64,000 nucleotides of DNA from Cenococcum geophilum (Eukaryota), in the NCBI GenBank assembly GCA_050273025.1, contig CP158636.1, positions 8,866,001 through 8,930,000 of the forward strand. Reading direction: 5' to 3'. The notes below the pieces were generated by a model. It was not told the DNA's origin. It did no database searches and saw only the letters and a list, made by a program, of their open reading frames with translations. How positions within the stretch are numbered: the first letter of the stretch is position 1; each line of letters begins with the position of its first letter. Position numbers and translations under genes: made by a program. Below, one piece after another: positions 1-12,400 of the stretch.

Positions 1-424
1 TATATTAGAGGAATTCTTGGAGACTAAGAGAGTATAAGAGTGGGTCTTAGAGGGACTAAAAAGTAAAGGTATTTTTTGGTATTTTCGAAGATTATTTAAC
101 GGTGTAGGTAAATTCTTAGAGGATTGATATCCTTTATATTGGATTCTTTAAGAAACCGCACTGTTTCTCCTTTATCTTGCCTAAAGAAATTAATTATATT
201 TTTCTATTAAGGATATACTCTTATTACGGTTATACTAACATTTCCTTATAAATTATAATCTCTTTATATGTTCTTTTTCTAGATTAAATAAATTCCTTAG
301 TAAACCCAAGAAGCCGTTTATTTTAAATAGCAACTATAGCATCTTAAGCTTTATTTCTTATTAAACTCGAGGTTCCTCCTATACCCTAATTAAGCTGCTG
401 CTTTTTTCTTTTTAATGGAGCTAT
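1..424 (-). pseudogene. RIP-degraded spliced gene of unknown function, divergent from the tyrosine recombinase; runs off the window's left edge
   Basis: Minus strand from 424 reads (M)AP(S)KRKKAAA...KRLLGFTKEFI..., followed by a GTTAGT...TTTCTTTAG intron-like segment; stops are RIP-type TAA/TAG. Confidence 0.45.
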
Positions 425-679
425 ATTAAGGGAAATAATTATAATAATAGAACTTTTAGAGATTTTATTAAAAATATTTTAAAATTTTAGATATTTAATT
501 TTAGATTTATATAGCAAAAATAGCTATATTAGCGGTTTTTTCTATAAACGCTAATTATTTTTTAGATTTCTTTAATAAAGGATTTACCCCGTACCTTATT
601 TTTACTAAAAACCTTCTAATTATTTTCCACGCATATAAGCCTTAGAAAAATTAAGAATTACTTTCTCTCTTCTTAGAAA

Positions 680-2261
680 ATGTCTTATCTCTCTTAAATT
701 AACTCTTTTCTTTTGTTATTAGATACTAAAACTCCCTTAAATCCTATATAGAAAGCTATAGAAGATGCCGAAATTAATAAGGAACTTAATAAGTAATAAG
801 AGATTTTAGTAGCAGAATCTAATAATTCCGTTAGAATTAATAAGTTGTTTAAAACTATATATAAGGCTGTAGAGGGTGCATTAGTACCTATAACTTTATC
901 AGGTTATATAGGGTATATTTCCTATATATTCTAAGAATTTAGTTAAAAATACTTATATCTAATAAGATTATTCTAGGCAAATTAAAAAGTATATTGAATT
1001 TGTGAAAAAGGAAGCCCTAGAGCTTAAAAAGTTTGTTAAAAAGCTAAATAAAGATGTTCCACTATTAATATGCCTATAGATTTAATCTATCTGTAAAAAG
1101 GCCGAACCTAGCTTATCTTCTTAGTTACTATAAGAAAGTAAGAATAGAACCTAGTTATATGCGCAAAAAATGCGTGTAGCAGTCTCCTATTTTTACGCTC
1201 ACGAGGTTCGTCTTAGAAGTAATTAATTTTCTGAGAAAAGTAATAGAGAATAGACAGGAAACCTAACACTTTTAGATATTATGGCAAGATATATAAAAAG
1301 TCTACATAGATAAAAGGTATATTTTCTTTCTTAGTAATACTAATAATTATTTACTATTTACTATAACTAACGCTATTTTATAGACTTATATAGGAGAAAC
1401 TTAAGAAAGCGTAAGAGTAATTACTGTGTTAAAGCTTTAAGAGCTTTACGAATATAACGCAAATCTTAAATATACTTCTTAGTTATCCCGTCTTCCTATA
1501 GGTTAAGGAGGACGGATTTAGGGAGGTGTTTATTAGCGTATTATGATAAGCCTTATGTATATAATAGCTTTTGTTTATTTTCTTAGATTTAATAAGGTTC
1601 TACGTATTAAAGTTTAGCATATTTAAATCCATAACCTTACTACTGGAAAGGTTAAACTTACGCTTAATTTTTAGAAAACACATTAAATAGGAGGTAAGAT
1701 CTTAAATTTTTAAAAGTATACCTAATTTTAACGGCTTTGTAGAAATCTAACCCTTTTTTCTTTACTTTAACCGAGAAGAGCCCTGGCTTAATGTACCCAC
1801 TCTTTTACTTAAATGGCTAGATATCTTAAAAGTTACGTTAAGTTACTTATTTAGACCATTTAATATATTTAACCAGCCAATGGTTAGTAAAAATGTTAAA
1901 TTAGTAGGTTTTTTATTATTTTATAGAGAGTTTATTATTTTAATATTTTATCTAGGCCTCTAGAGTTTTTCTTTAGAATTTTTAATAAAATCTTGTTAAT
2001 ATTGGGGAAGATCCGCTTGTTTATGGGGGCTACTTCTTTTAAAGGGGTGGCGTTTAGTATTTTTCTAGTGAAAAACGCTAGGGAATTCGGAAATTATGTA
2101 GTTGGGGAGGCTGGAGCTTGGAGTTTAATTCTTTAATAATTATACGGTATCTTCTTAGTAGAAATAATAATCTAGTTAAATCTTGCGAGGATTACATAAA
2201 TCTGAAGGCTTAAAAAGGTACCTTATGTCCTTATTATGGAAGATCTTGTGATTGTGCTTAA
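680..2261 (+). pseudogene. RIP-inactivated tyrosine recombinase gene (DNA breaking-rejoining fold, Crypton-like), ~4 introns
   Basis: ATG at 680. Reconstructed motifs in order: LRF(D)(E)VL ~1583; (R)KTH(Q)(T)G ~1672; YGG(H)(S)F(R)RGG ~2022-2051; WGGWS ~2103; IRYL ~2142; C-terminal CP(HC)GRSCDCA with stop at 2259-2261. GT..AG introns at ~913-975, ~1317-1383, ~1694-1742, ~1905-1954. Confidence 0.8.
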
Positions 2262-3609
2262 TATATAGTTTTATTAGAATATCTTTATTTAATATAGCTT
2301 TATATATATATTTAACGTAAGTAATAGGGGTATAATAGATAGTATAGCTATAATAGTAAAACCTTACTACCTTTTTAAATAGACTTCCTATCTACCTAAT
2401 TAAGTATATTACTAGTTCTAAAATGAAAATATTAGAAACCTACCTCTATTTTAAATATATATTATATTCTTTAATTAATATCTAATATAGATCCTATATA
2501 GGCCTATATAGACTACTCTGTATATAAAGAAATTTATATATTTATAAAAGAAAGCCCCTAGTATTCTATTTTAAATACTTATACTATAATACCTTACTAG
2601 CCTTTATAACCTAATTATAATAAAACTATATAAATCGCTACTAATACTTAGCGTTTTAGCTATTATAATAATTAGAGAGCCTATATAAAAGCCTATAGAT
2701 TAGATCTTATAAGATATAAGCTCTATACTTTTAAGTAATCTAATATATTAAAATAGTATTAAATTTATAGATAAGGCTTATATTATTAATTTATCTATCT
2801 ATAGAGTTAGTATCTATATATATAATATAATAATAAGGAGGTAAGTTACTAGCCTTTTATACTATTAAAAGATTAACTTTTAATACTCTTACTTAAATTA
2901 ATAATATAAGTTAATAACTTTTACTTAAATTAACTATATAGGAAAGAGAGCTTCTATTTAATCCTTATATAGATTATATAAACAGATAAACTAAGTAAAC
3001 TATAGGCTTATTAAACCTTAAAATAAACTCTTGTAAAAAAAGTAAAAAAAAGAGTATTTAAGTAGGTTTCTTTTTAATAAATAAAATCTAAATATTATAG
3101 TTTAACTAATATTTTATAAATTATTATCCACCTATTCTCTATAAATAGATAGTCTCCTAATAGGGCTATATTTTATATCTATTAAAGAATATATATTAAG
3201 TACTTATTTTACCTAAAATAGCTTTTATTAATATTATACTATAGCTTTTTTAACTTTACTTTTAACTTTATATACCTTAATAATTATTCTACTATTTTTA
3301 ACCACTATTACTTATTATAGGTTTTAGATTATAATCTTAGATAATAAAATACTTTTTAGTTTTTTATATAGGGCTAACTACTACTACCCCTAGAGCCTAT
3401 AATAGATTAGGTAGATATAAGAAATACTACTTTACTTTTTATCTAATTATTAAGTAGGTATATAAAAGTGTATATACCTATAAATATTTAAATATCTTAA
3501 GAGAATTATCTAAAAAGAATTAATCCCTACTAGGTAATACTTAAAGACTTAGTTATATAAAAATAAAAATAGAGGGGGGGAAGGTATTTTAGTAGATATT
3601 ATAGTAGAT

Positions 3610-5036
3610 ATAGAGCTTTATATAGAGCTTTAAGGGAGCTTTATAGAGAGTATCTAGCAGGGCTTTTAGTAGAGCCTTTAGTAGAGCTCCGCGTAGAGCT
3701 TTAGTAAGCTCTATACGGAGTCTTAGTAAAGCTTCGTGCTGAGCTTCTGGTAGAGCCTTTAGTAGAGCTCCATATAGAGCTTCGTTTAGAGCTTTAAGGG
3801 AGCTTCGTAAAGAGCATCTAGTGGAGCTTCTAGTAGAGCCTTTAGTAGAGCTCCGTGTAGAGCTTCGGTAGAGCTCTATGCGGAGTTTTAGCAGAGCTTC
3901 GTGCCGAGCTTTTAGCAGAGCCTTTGGTAGAGCTCTATGCAGAGCTTTGTGCAGAGCTTTATGCAGAGCTTCTAGTAGAGCCTTTAGCAGAGCTCCGTGT
4001 AGAGCTTTGGTAGAGCTCTATATAGAGCTTCAGTAGAGCTCTATGCAGAGCTTTAGTAGAGCTCTGTATGGAGTCTTGGTAGAGCTTCGTGCCGAGCTTC
4101 TAGCAGAGCCTTTGGTAGAGCTCCGTGCAGAGCTTCGTGTAGAGCTTTAAGGGAGCTTCGTAGAGAGTATCTGGCAGAGCTTCGTACAGAGCTTCTGGTA
4201 GAGCCTTTGGTAGAGCTCCGTGCAGAGCTTCGGTAGAGCTCCGTGCAGAGCTTCGGTAGAGCTCCGTGTAGAGCTTTGGTAGAGCTCCGTATAGAGCTTC
4301 GGTAGAGCTCCGTGCAGAGCTTCGGTAGAGCTCTATGCAGAGCTTCGGTAGAGCTCTGTACGGAGTCTTGGTAGAGCTTCGTGCCGAGCTTCTGGCAGAG
4401 CCTTTGGTAGAGCTCCGTGCAGAGCTTCGTGCAGAGCTTTAAGGGAGCTTTGTAGAGAGCATCTGGCAGAGCTTTGTACAGAGCTTCTGGTAGAGCCTTT
4501 GGTAGAGCTCCGTGCAGAGCTTCGGTAGAGCTCCGTGTAGAGCTTTGGTAGAGCTCCGTATAGAGCTTCGGTAGAGCTCCGTGCAGAGCTTCGGTAGAGC
4601 TCCGTGTAGAGCTTCGGTAGAGCTCCGTACAGAGCTTCGGTAGAGCTCCGTACAGAGCTTCGGTAGAGCTCCGTGTAGAGCTTCGGTAGAGCTCTATGCA
4701 GAGCTTCGGTAGAGCTCTGTACGGAGTCTTGGTAGAGCTTCGTACCGAGCTTCTAGTAGAGCCTTTAGTAGAGCTCCGTACAGAGCTTCGTGCAGAGCTT
4801 TGAGGGAGCTTCGTAGAGAGCATCTGGCAGAGTTTCGTACAGAGCCTCTAGTAGAGCCTTTGGTAGAGCTCCGTGCAGAGCTTTGGTAGAGCTCTATGCG
4901 GAGCTTCGGTAGAGCTCTATGCGGAGTCTTGGCAGAGCTCCGTGCAGAGCTTTGAGGGAGCTTCGTAGGGAGCCTCTGGGAGCTTCGTGCAGAGCTTTCT
5001 GGCAAAGCTTTCTGGCAGAGCCTTTGGTAGAGCCTC
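3610..5036. repeat. Left arm of inverted minisatellite array (23-bp unit AGAGCTTCGGT-AGAGCTCCGTGC with higher-order blocks)
   Basis: Directly visible tandem AGAGCT units every 11-12 bp; spurious ORFs show 23-aa periodicity (3 x 23 nt). Confidence 0.95.
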
Positions 5037-5136
5037 TGACTCAGTTTTAGCCCGTGCCGTATTTAACTAAGAGTCTACTAATCTATAATAATTCTAGCTT
5101 AAAGCTAGGCTCCATAATTAATTTCCCTAGCTACCA

Positions 5137-6775
5137 AAGCTTTACTAGAGCTCTGCACGGGGCTTTGCACGGAGCTCCACATAGGCTCTGCACGGAGCTC
5201 TATATGGGTTCTACACGGAGCTCTACCAAAGGCTCTGCCAGAAAGCTCTGCCAGAAAGCTCTGCTAGAAAGCTCTGCACGAAGCTGCCAGAGGCTCCCTA
5301 CGAAGCTCCCTCAAAGCTCTGCACGGAGCTCTGCCAAGACTCCGCATAGAGCTCTACCGAAGCTCTGCACGGAGCTCTACCAAAGGCTCTACCAGAAGCT
5401 CTGTACGAAGCTCTGCTAGATGCTCTCTACAAAGCTCCCTCAAAGCTCTGCACGAAGCTCTGCACGGAGCTCTACCAAAGGCTCTGCCAGAAGCTCGGCA
5501 CGAAGCTCTACTAAGACTCCGTACAGAGCTCTACCGAAGCTCTGCATAGAGCTCTACCGAAGCTCTACACGGAGCTCTACCGAAGCTCTGCACGGAGCTC
5601 TACTAAAGGCTCTACTAGAAGCTCTGTACGAAGCTCTGCCAGATGCTCTCTACAAAGCTCCCTTAAAGCTCTGCACGAAGCTCTACACGGAGCTCTACTA
5701 AAGGCTCTGCCAGAAGCTCGGCACGAAGCTCTACCAAGACTCCGTACAGAGCTCTACCGAAGCTCTGCATAGAGCTCTACCGAAGCTCTACACGGAGCTC
5801 TACCGAAGCTCTACACGGAGCTCTACCGAAGCTCTATACGGAGCTCTACTAAAGCTTTGTACGGAGCTCTACCGAAGCTCTACACGGAGCTCTACCGAAG
5901 CTCTGTACGGAGCTCTACCGAAGCTCTGTACGGAGCTCTACCGAAGCTCTACACGGAGCTCTACCAAAGCTCTGCACGGAGCTCTGCTAAAGGCTCTACC
6001 AGAAGCTCTACCAGAGGCTCTCTACAAAGCTCCCTTAAAGTTCTGCACGAAGCTCTGCACGGAGCTCTGCTAAAGGCTCTGCTAGAAGCTCGGCACGAAG
6101 CTCTACCAAGACTCCATATAGAGCTCTACTAAAGTTCTGCATAGAGCTCTACTAAAGCTCTACACGGAGCTCTGCTAAAGGTTCTACTAAAAGCTCTGCT
6201 AGAGGCTCTCTATAAAGCTCCCTTAAAGCTCTACACGGAGCTCTACTAAGACTCCGCATAGAGCTTTACTAAAGGCTCTATATAAAGCTCTACTAAAGCT
6301 CTATATAGAGCTCTACTAAAGGCTTTACTAGAAGCTCTATATAAAGCTCTACTAGATACTCTCTATAAAGCTTCCTTAAGGCTCTATATAAAGCTCTACA
6401 CGGAGCTCTACTAAAGGCTCTACTAGAAGCTCAGTATAAAGCTTTATTAAAACTCCGTATAGAGCTCTACCGAAGCTCTATATAGAGCTCTACTAAAGGC
6501 TTTACTAGAGGCTCTCTATAAAGCTCCCTTAAAGCTCTGTATAAAGCTCTATATAAAGCTCTACTAAAGGCTCTACTAGAAGCTTAGCACGAAGCTCTAT
6601 ATAGAGCTCTACCGAAGCTCCGTATAGAGCTCTACTAAAGCTCTATATAGGGCTCTTTAACTACTATAAAGTCTACTATAAAGCTCTACGCGAAGCTCTA
6701 TTAAAGCTCTATTAAAGCCTTACGCGGAGCTATATTAAAGCCTTTATATTAAGCCTTATATAGAGCTCTACGTCT
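5137..6775. repeat. Right arm of inverted minisatellite array (reverse complement of left arm)
   Basis: Units read GCACGGAGCTCTACCGAAGCTCT, the reverse complement of the left-arm unit; the same higher-order blocks appear inverted. Confidence 0.95.
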
Positions 6776-7452
6776 ATTATAATATTTATCTCTATATAAC
6801 TTCTATAACTATATTAACCCCTAAGACCTAACTTAACCTAACTTATTATATAGTTTAGTACCCTAGCTACTATATTATTACTTACGTTAGTCTTTATATA
6901 GATATCTTAAAATAGTAAATAGTATAAGGGTTTTAACTTACTTAAAGGCTTTAAGTTCTTCCCCCCCCTAGTAGGTACTATACTTCCTTCTATATAAGCT
7001 TACTAAGCGGCTATATAACTTACTTATAGTCTTTTAAGAAAGCCTAATAGAAGTTATAGAATCCTAAAAAAGATTATACTCTATTTATAGAGGTAGAAGG
7101 TTCCTAATATAGCTACCTTATTAAAGTCTATAGCGATTTTATTAGTTTTAATAATAAAGCCTAGAAACTTTATCTTAATAACGCTAAACTTATTTTTTTA
7201 ATATCTACCTAAAGGCCTACCTCCTAAAGCCTTTATAAGACCTTCTTAATATAGATATTATACTATAGCGGGTTATCTAAGTATATTAGTATATTATCTA
7301 TAGAGGCTATATAAAAGTTATCTAAGTAGTTAAAAATAATACTATTAATAAATATCTAAAAGGATATAGGCCCGTTATATAGTCTAAAGAGTAATATATA
7401 GTGCTTATATAATCCATATCTTATATAAAAGGTAGTTAAATCCTCTACCTTT

Positions 7453-7645
7453 TGTGACGGCTCGAACCATCAAACAAATGTCTCGACAGAGACTTGAACG
7501 AATGCTTGCAAGATCAAGCGAACGAATGCTGTATTACGAAGATATTAAGCTAAGGAGCAAGAGAAGGTGGTGAGGCCACGTCTATATACACACGCCAAGT
7601 CTTAAGCGAACCCCTGACTAGGTGACGCGCTCCAGCGCCATCACA
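7453..7645 (-). mobile_element. Solo LTR (193 bp)
   Basis: TGTGA...TCACA termini; 5-bp TSD CCTTT at 7448-7452 and 7646-7650; reverse complement homologous to the 5' half of the LTR at 60667-60848. Confidence 0.9.
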
Positions 7646-7762
7646 CCTTTTCCTTTATCTATATAGTAGAAAGTCTATTAAATATCTAGCTTAGTAAAGA
7701 TTTTAGCTCTTAATAACCTGGTTAACGTCTCCCTAATTAATAGTGTCTGTATAAGTAGAGGT

Positions 7763-7933
7763 TGTAAATAACGTTATACGCAGAGCGTATGCGGCAGGGG
7801 CCGCATAGCGTAGCGTACGTCACCTAACCACCTACGGCCCGATAGATAGCCCGACCTTTACTACCCCTTTCTTTCTCTTTTAGTAGACGAGGATAGAGAC
7901 GAATAAACCAAGAACCAGTTACCTTATATTACA
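7763..7933. mobile_element. LTR-like remnant
   Basis: GC-richer island bounded by TGTAA...TTACA; no matching TSD found. Confidence 0.4.
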
Positions 7934-9409
7934 ATTGCAGTACCCTCCCAGGTAATACCAATAAATAGTAATAGGTAGCAGTTCTTTTTAGTAATCTTAT
8001 TAAACTTTTAAAAGTTAATATAGAATTACTACCCCCTTTAAACTTCTTAGTAATAGAACTAGAGTAGTAAAGGGTATATTACTTAGTATTATAAACCCCT
8101 TCTATAGGTCCTCCTATAAGTACGCCTTAACTAGCTTTGGCTATTTTAGTAATATAATATATATTAGACTAAGGGCTAAATTATAACTACTATCTTTAAG
8201 AATAATATTATAGTCTACTCCCTTATAATATAGTAGTAGCGTATTAGATATAGATCTTAAGAAGTAGTTAGTATACTCTTAGTAAGGCTATAGTAGCTTT
8301 TTATAGATAAGTTAGTAAAGCTCTTTCTTATTATTAAATAGGGCATCTTATTTCTTTTTATTCTTTATTAGTTAGTCTAACTTATAGAAGCTAGTAGATC
8401 TAATTATAATACCTTCTTGCTTTACGCCTTATAAGTTCTTTACTTTAAGTAGTATAATATCTACTACCCTAGCTTCCTTAGTAGATAAAGTCTTCTTAAC
8501 TCTTAAATTTAAGGTTAGTATTAGCTTAGGGTAAAGTTAGTCCTCTATCTTCCTAATTATATTTTAGGCGTTAATTCTCTAAGTATATTTATAGTTATAT
8601 AAGGCCTATATACGCAAGGTAGATTGCTTTAAATTAACTTTAATAGGGGACTTCTTATCTTAAAGCTCTATAGTTATAGTAGTATATTTCTTTAATCTAT
8701 ATCCTTTTAGTAACCGTTAATAATTAGTATAGGTAAGAGTTCCTTTCTTAATATAATTATATTACTCTACTAGTTATTATACCTAGATATAATAACCCCC
8801 TATCCTTTAATTTTATAGAACTTTAGTTATATTTATTACTTAATAATTAGCTATAGCTTATAGTATATAAAGGCCTCTTTACCTATACTAGAGTTAAGTA
8901 AGCTTATTATATTAAGATCTACGCCGCTTAATATAACTATATATAGTACTATAAAGGCTATGCCTCTTAAGATCTCTCCTAGCTATATAGGCGCTATATA
9001 GATTACTTTAATCTATTCTAAGTATAGACTTTTTTAAAGCTACCTATTTTCTAACTTTTCTAAGTTAGTAACTATCTTATACTCCTTACTTTAGTATAAA
9101 GTATTTATTAGAATAGTATCCTTACTTATTATAGTTATAGTAGATAACTATTACCTTTATAGTTAGTACTTAAGTTAAAGACTACTTAGATAGGAGACTA
9201 TTAGTATTATTAGCGCCTTTACTTAAAACTCTTTAAACCTAGGCTAATTAGTAGTTACTTTACTCCTTACCTATCTACCTTAGCCCTTAGGCGTACTATA
9301 AGTGGTCTTATAATAGATATAAAACCTATATTCTTTATCTCCTACCTTAACTTCTATTAAGATGCGTAGGTTATTATAAAGGTTATTATAAAGCTTCTCC
9401 TTCTAATCT

Positions 9410-12400
9410 AGCGCCTAGGTATACTAGTAAGTAAAGGGCTATTTAGTATATTAACCGCGTTATTTTTAGGCGTAAGAATAGTAGAATTGTATAAAAGCTC
9501 TAGGGTAAAAAGCTAGCGCCTTATGTTTAGAAATACCTTAGTTATAAGAGCCTCCTAGCTATTACTAATAGCCTAGTTACGCTTATCCTATTATACTATT
9601 TAAATTAATATACTTATTAATATAGAGTAACCGCCCTATAAATATAGCAATCTTCTAGCGCTTAGGAGTAGTAAGACTAGGGCGTTATAAACGTATATTC
9701 TATATAAGGTAGAAGACATATATATAGCGCTATAGAAAGGAGCGCTTTAAAGACGCGCTTATAATCTACCTATAGGTACTATTTTTTATAATAGGTAGGG
9801 TCTAGTAGAAGTTACTATAGAAGTATACTATAATTCCTCCAAAGGGGAGCTGGCGCCTAGGTTTGTTAATACTATAGAGGTCCTATAAAGTACGTAATAC
9901 AGCCTTAATAGCGTAGCGGTAGTATATAACTAACTTATTCTAAAAGATAAGGCGGGTCTACTATAGAAGCTCTATAAGTAGGACTACTTCTAAATACTAT
10001 ATGTGTTATTTTTATTTATATTAATTAGGATCTTAAAGTATAAGTAGGTAGTAGTTCTACTAGAGAGTAGCGTTATTATAATACCTAGGGTAGTAACTGC
10101 TAGCGCTATATAGTTCTATAACGTTTACTAGATAAGTACGGTATTATATAAAAATATCTTTTTAATACTACTAGGGCTATTAATAAAGAAGAGACCGCCC
10201 TTATTAGTATCTACTATATAGTTAAGCGTGCTAAAAATTAAGCGCTACCCTATATTAAGTAAAGGAACGCCTTCTATAACCTCCGCCTATAAATCCTTTA
10301 TAGAAAATCTAAGTTATTTATATAGAAGCTAATTCTAAAGTAAAGTATACTCCTTAATCTATTTATATTAGGGCTTAATAAGGTAATAGTATTCTAGATT
10401 AAGGTTATAACTAATAAGTAGAGCGCGTAGATAGTAGTACGTAAGGTCTTTAGCCTACTTCTAGGTTGGGTTAAGAACCGTATAAATTATATATAGTTAG
10501 TAAAAGTAGTTATCTGCTAGCTCCCTTTAGAATAGATTCTATAGGGCGCGCGGATCTATAGACCTATAGCTAGCTAGCTAGCTAGCTAGTATAATAATAA
10601 ATAGCTCGCGGAACTACCTTTTAAGCTAAAAGTACGCGGCCTTACGTAGTGCTTATATATACTCTATTTATCCTAAAGTAAGCTATATATAAAGTATACT
10701 ACTTAAAAGGTAGGGTATCCTTATATCTTTAAAAAAAAGTACTAGCTAGTAATATTAACTAGAAGAAGCTATAAGTAGTATACCTCCCCCGCGCTAATTA
10801 GAATCTAAATAATAAAGCTAATAAAGAACTCCTTATAGTAAGGGAGCTACGACTTACGCCGCTTATTCTACGTATAGTAAGTAGGAAAGTTATAATAGAA
10901 TATTTCTATACGCTATTTTATATTCTCTATAAAGAACTATATAAGTATAGTTCTATATATAGTATCCTAGATAAGACGCTTCTCTAAAGCCTAATTAGGC
11001 TAGATTATAATAAACTACTAGCCTTCTATATAGATTATAAGCTGCTATATAGAAATGGAGCAGCTATATATACAGCACTTATAAATTCTCTCTAGAGCTT
11101 TATACGCGGTAATATATAGGGCGTGTATATACTCCTTAATTTTATTTATAAGGTACTATAGCCTGGCCCCAGCTATCTAGGCTTCTAGGGTTATAATAGC
11201 ATAATTAGGGCCTTTATATATATACTTAAACGCGTACTTTATAGCGTAGTACCCTATATAGGGCTCTACGTTAATATACGTATTAGGGCGCTATATCTCT
11301 ACTACTCTATATATAGCTCTAGCTAGACTTTATAAAAATAGGGCTATTCTATAGGCGCTTATATAGCGGCTTATTATTATTTCTAACTATAGTTTCCTCT
11401 TAAAAGGTATAAGGGATCTAGAATCTATATATAGGGCGCGGAGGTACTATAGATAACAACGTTATATAGGAGCGGCTCCGCTATTAAGTCTAGAATATCC
11501 GTCTAAATAACTAGATTAATATCTTTTATAGTTACTAACTATAAGCTAGGCTTTATAATTACTAGTATATATATATAAGAGAGCCTACGCTTCTAAAACT
11601 TAATAGTTTAATTAATTATAGTAGTATTACCTAGAACGCGGGACTTTAAAATCTTATACTATAGCTACTTTAGCTTAATCTAGAAGACATAATCTACTAA
11701 ATCTAGGTAATTTCTTATACTCTAGCCTACTTTTAGCTCCGCCTAGATTTCTTACTAGTATAGGTTATACGTAAAGGTAATAAAATCGGTAGGGGAGCTA
11801 TAATACTAAGTAAGTACTATAGCGTTAAAATAGGTGTTATATATCTAGTGTGGAAAGCTTATATAAGATATAGGAAGGATAATATTCTAGCTAATATTAC
11901 GTCCTATAGCCTAATTATTAAGGTAGAGCTAATTAAGTATACTTGTATACTATATAATCTATAGGTTCTTCTAGTTATAGCGTAGCTACTAGAGGCGGAC
12001 GTTAGTGATTAAGGTATATATCTACTATAATCTTATAAAGTAGCCTTTTAGTAAAAAGCTAGGAGGAAATAGGACGTTAGAACTATAGGTAATATTTCTA
12101 CTACTACTACTATAAGATGTATTTATATCTATTATAGCCTTAGCGTATAGCATTAGCCTTATTAACCTTATTATTACTAGCTATAAAGTCCTCTCCTATC
12201 CCTTATAATGTTAAAATAGGTTATTAGGTTATTAATAAGAACTAGCTAATTAGATTAGCTAAATTTAGTACCCGTACTTAGAAATATAGTATTATTCCTA
12301 TATAGACTACTTATTTTAAAGACCTTAATATTATAAGGGATAGTATTATTAATATTTATTATATAATCCTATAGTACCTATACCCTATTTATAAGGGGGT

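Noticed and set aside
680..2261. Calling the YR a Starship captain
   Set aside because: Size and motifs do not resemble DUF3435 as I recall it, and no Starship-type boundary is visible; needs an HMM test.
2330..3600. Possible gene relics flanking the palindrome (also 6800-7440 and 13900-14500)
   Set aside because: Too RIP-saturated to read any motif reliably; Helitron termini could not be located either.
4053..6132. ORFs of 91-256 aa (RSST/ALPK/TELY repeats)
   Set aside because: By-products of the 23-bp minisatellite read in rotating frames on both strands.
3610..6775. CRISPR array or telomere repeat
   Set aside because: No unique spacers, eukaryotic context, and the unit is unrelated to TTAGGG.
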